DNA of 8,480 nucleotides from Andalucia godoyi And28 (taxonomy: Eukaryota > Protista > Jakobida). Below, one piece after another: positions 6,957-8,480 of the stretch. The stretch lies in assembly GCA_009859145.1 (NCBI GenBank), contig VRVR01000008.1, forward strand, positions 1 to 8,480, read 5' to 3'. The translations under genes were made by a program, and so were the position numbers. The notes beneath the pieces were generated by a model. It ran no database searches. It saw only the letters and a list, made by a program, of their open reading frames with translations, and was not told where the DNA came from. Each line of letters begins with the position of its first letter. Position 1 is the first letter of the stretch.

Positions 6957-7278
6957 GTTCAAGACAAGGTTGTTCTTTTTTAATTATTCTTTTGTTTTTC
7001 TTTTTGGATGCAGGACCTTGTTTCTTGAAAACGATATCACTGTACAAGCGCTCTATATTCAATGTGAATTTCTGTTAATGTTTCTGTGATGTAGCGCAAT
7101 TGTTCACGACAGGGAACTGGCAGGGTAAGTCTTCGACTTGTCCATCTTCTTTGATTTGATTTCCGAGGAAAGCTTGCGTTTTGTCTGTTTTGCCTTTATT
7201 TGTGCTGTGTGATCCTGAGCAAGACAAGTGTGTGATGCAACGACAATGTCTTTCTCTATGTGCTGTTGTTTTTTCTTT

Positions 7279-7307
7279 TCATTCAATTAAAAATATTAAT
7301 TGAATGA
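7279..7307. other. Perfect 12-bp AT-rich hairpin between the convergent 3' ends
   Basis: tcattcaattaa (7279-7290), loop aaata, ttaattgaatga (7296-7307). Function unknown. Confidence 0.7.
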
Positions 7308-7358
7308 TTTGTTTTTTTATAATAATTTTTTATTTTTTTTGGTTGTCGGAATATTTGT

Positions 7359-8480
7359 CTACACTTTGCTCTTCTTTCCATTCAGCAAGTACGCTTGCAG
7401 CTGGCCTTTTCCCTTCACATTCACAAACCCGCGGTCTTCAAATTCAAAGCCCGCATTATACGTGAGTTCGTACGTGCTTCTCGACACCTGGATTCTGCCC
7501 TTTTCCGACGTGGATTCCATTCGCGACGCAGTGTTCACGGAGTCTCCCCAGATGTCATAAGCATACTTCCGAGAACCGATCACTCCAGCTACGACCGGTC
7601 CAGAGTTCACGCCCATTCTGAAGGAGAACGACGTGCCGTGCCGGGCATTAACAATGTCGACGTGCTTCGCGAACGCCAATCCGCACTCAAGAATGCATTT
7701 CGCATGGTCAGGACGGGGCTCAGGCAGTCCCGCAACACAAAGATACGCGTCGCCAATCGTCTTGATCTTCTCGACGCCGTACTGCTCCGTGAGCTCATCG
7801 AACCCTTTGAACAGATCGTTCAAGCGGTCGACCACTTCGCGGGCAGTAAGGGACGACGACCAGTCTGTGAAATTGCACAGATCAAAGAAGAGAATCGAAA
7901 CGCACTCATAGGTCTCCGCGATGTTTGCGTCTCCGTTGCCAAGTCGCACAGCGACGGCACGAGGAAGAATGTTGGTCAAGAGGCCCTCGGACCGTTTCTT
8001 TTCTTCTTCCAGGAGCGAGGACTTTTGTTTTTCAGTTGTAATGTCGCGAACGAAGATCATGCACGATCGGTCATCCATCTTGACACTTGCCTTGCCGCCT
8101 ACATTCGAATTCTGCGCCTTGTTCGTACCAGGATACGCGACAACCAATGTCAAAGAAGTTGTGATCAGCTCGCGGGCCTGGCTTCGCTGTATGACTGCTT
8201 CTTCGATCGGGAACGTCATGACTGACTGACCACCTGGAGGAGCCGCAAGGTTCTTTGTGACGTGATCCAGAACTGATTCCGTGCGAACCAAATATGACAG
8301 TGGTTGGCCCAGCAACGTTTTCGTGTCATAGCCGGTCATGGTCAGCAGACTCTTGTTCACCTTCACAATGTATCCGCTGGCAGAAACCTGGATGACTCCG
8401 TCCGGGGCGCCAGTGAAAACTGAATTCTCAAACAGTGCTTGCGCAACAAGCGAGGAAGACGCCGCCTTAGAGTTGCCAGC
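7359..8480 (-). CDS. PAS-domain class III adenylate cyclase, 5'-partial (frame is open to the window edge)
   Basis: The frame stays open for 38 codons upstream of 8366 (AGNSK...VFTGAPDGVIQVSASGYI), completing a PAS fold that ends FVRDITTEK. A coiled-coil/S-helix (LLEEEKKRSEGLLTNILP) follows. The cyclase domain has both metal-binding Asp (FFDL, IGDA), ATP-specifying Lys (EKIKTIG) and Asp (YDIWG), and the transition-state Asn/Arg (VNTASRME). Stop is TAG. Confidence 0.96.
   Translation of the reverse strand, partial: AGNSKAASSSLVAQALFENSVFTGAPDGVIQVSASGYIVKVNKSLLTMTGYDTKTLLGQPLSYLVRTESVLDHVTKNLAAPPGGQSVMTFPIEEAVIQRSQARELITTSLTLVVAYPGTNKAQNSNVGGKASVKMDDRSCMIFVRDITTEKQKSSLLEEEKKRSEGLLTNILPRAVAVRLGNGDANIAETYECVSILFFDLCNFTDWSSSLTAREVVDRLNDLFKGFDELTEQYGVEKIKTIGDAYLCVAGLPEPRPDHAKCILECGLAFAKHVDIVNARHGTSFSFRMGVNSGPVVAGVIGSRKYAYDIWGDSVNTASRMESTSEKGRIQVSRSTYELTYNAGFEFEDRGFVNVKGKGQLQAYLLNGKKSKV

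Noticed and set aside
987-7162. tttgatttgatt shared between ~987 and ~7151
   Set aside because: Low-complexity 12-mer with no extended homology between the two sites.
7104-7286. 60-aa Lys-rich minus-strand ORF downstream of the cyclase
   Set aside because: Lys content follows from T-rich UTR-like sequence on the plus strand; no motif. It cannot be fully excluded without transcripts.
7395-8229. 276-aa and shorter plus-strand ORFs
   Set aside because: Antisense shadows of the adenylate cyclase.
1-8480. Genome-wide UGA reassignment (Trp) explaining the broken ORFs
   Set aside because: About 1070 codons of TRK and cyclase contain no in-frame TGA and use TGG for Trp. The gag and AAA defects are frameshifts that readthrough would not repair.
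4860-8480. Kinetoplastid-style polycistronic organisation suggested by intronless genes and pyrimidine tracts
   Set aside because: Gene orientation switches twice within 8.5 kb, which argues against long directional clusters. Taxon cannot be assigned from this window.

Overview
Eukaryotic, probably protist, genomic DNA: about half GC, with no introns in the coding regions visible here. The right half holds two clean genes that converge tail-to-tail. These are a Trk/HKT-family K+ transporter (+, 4860 or 4944..6956) and the 3' part of a PAS-domain class III adenylate cyclase (-, 7359..>8480). The left half (1..~4600, all minus strand) is a block of decayed sequence. It contains a Ty3/gypsy-like gag with a broken zinc knuckle, preceded by a hairpin-rich candidate LTR/PBS. 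It also contains a frameshifted, internally deleted remnant of a tandem CbxX/SpoVK-type AAA+ ATPase gene and a weak protein-kinase-like remnant. I see no rRNA, tRNA, CRISPR array or prokaryotic operon, and I cannot support a clearly novel system. The best leads are the LTR-end dyad, the decay pattern, the unusual Trk loop position and possible UTR splice signals. All family calls come from motif recognition, not database searches.
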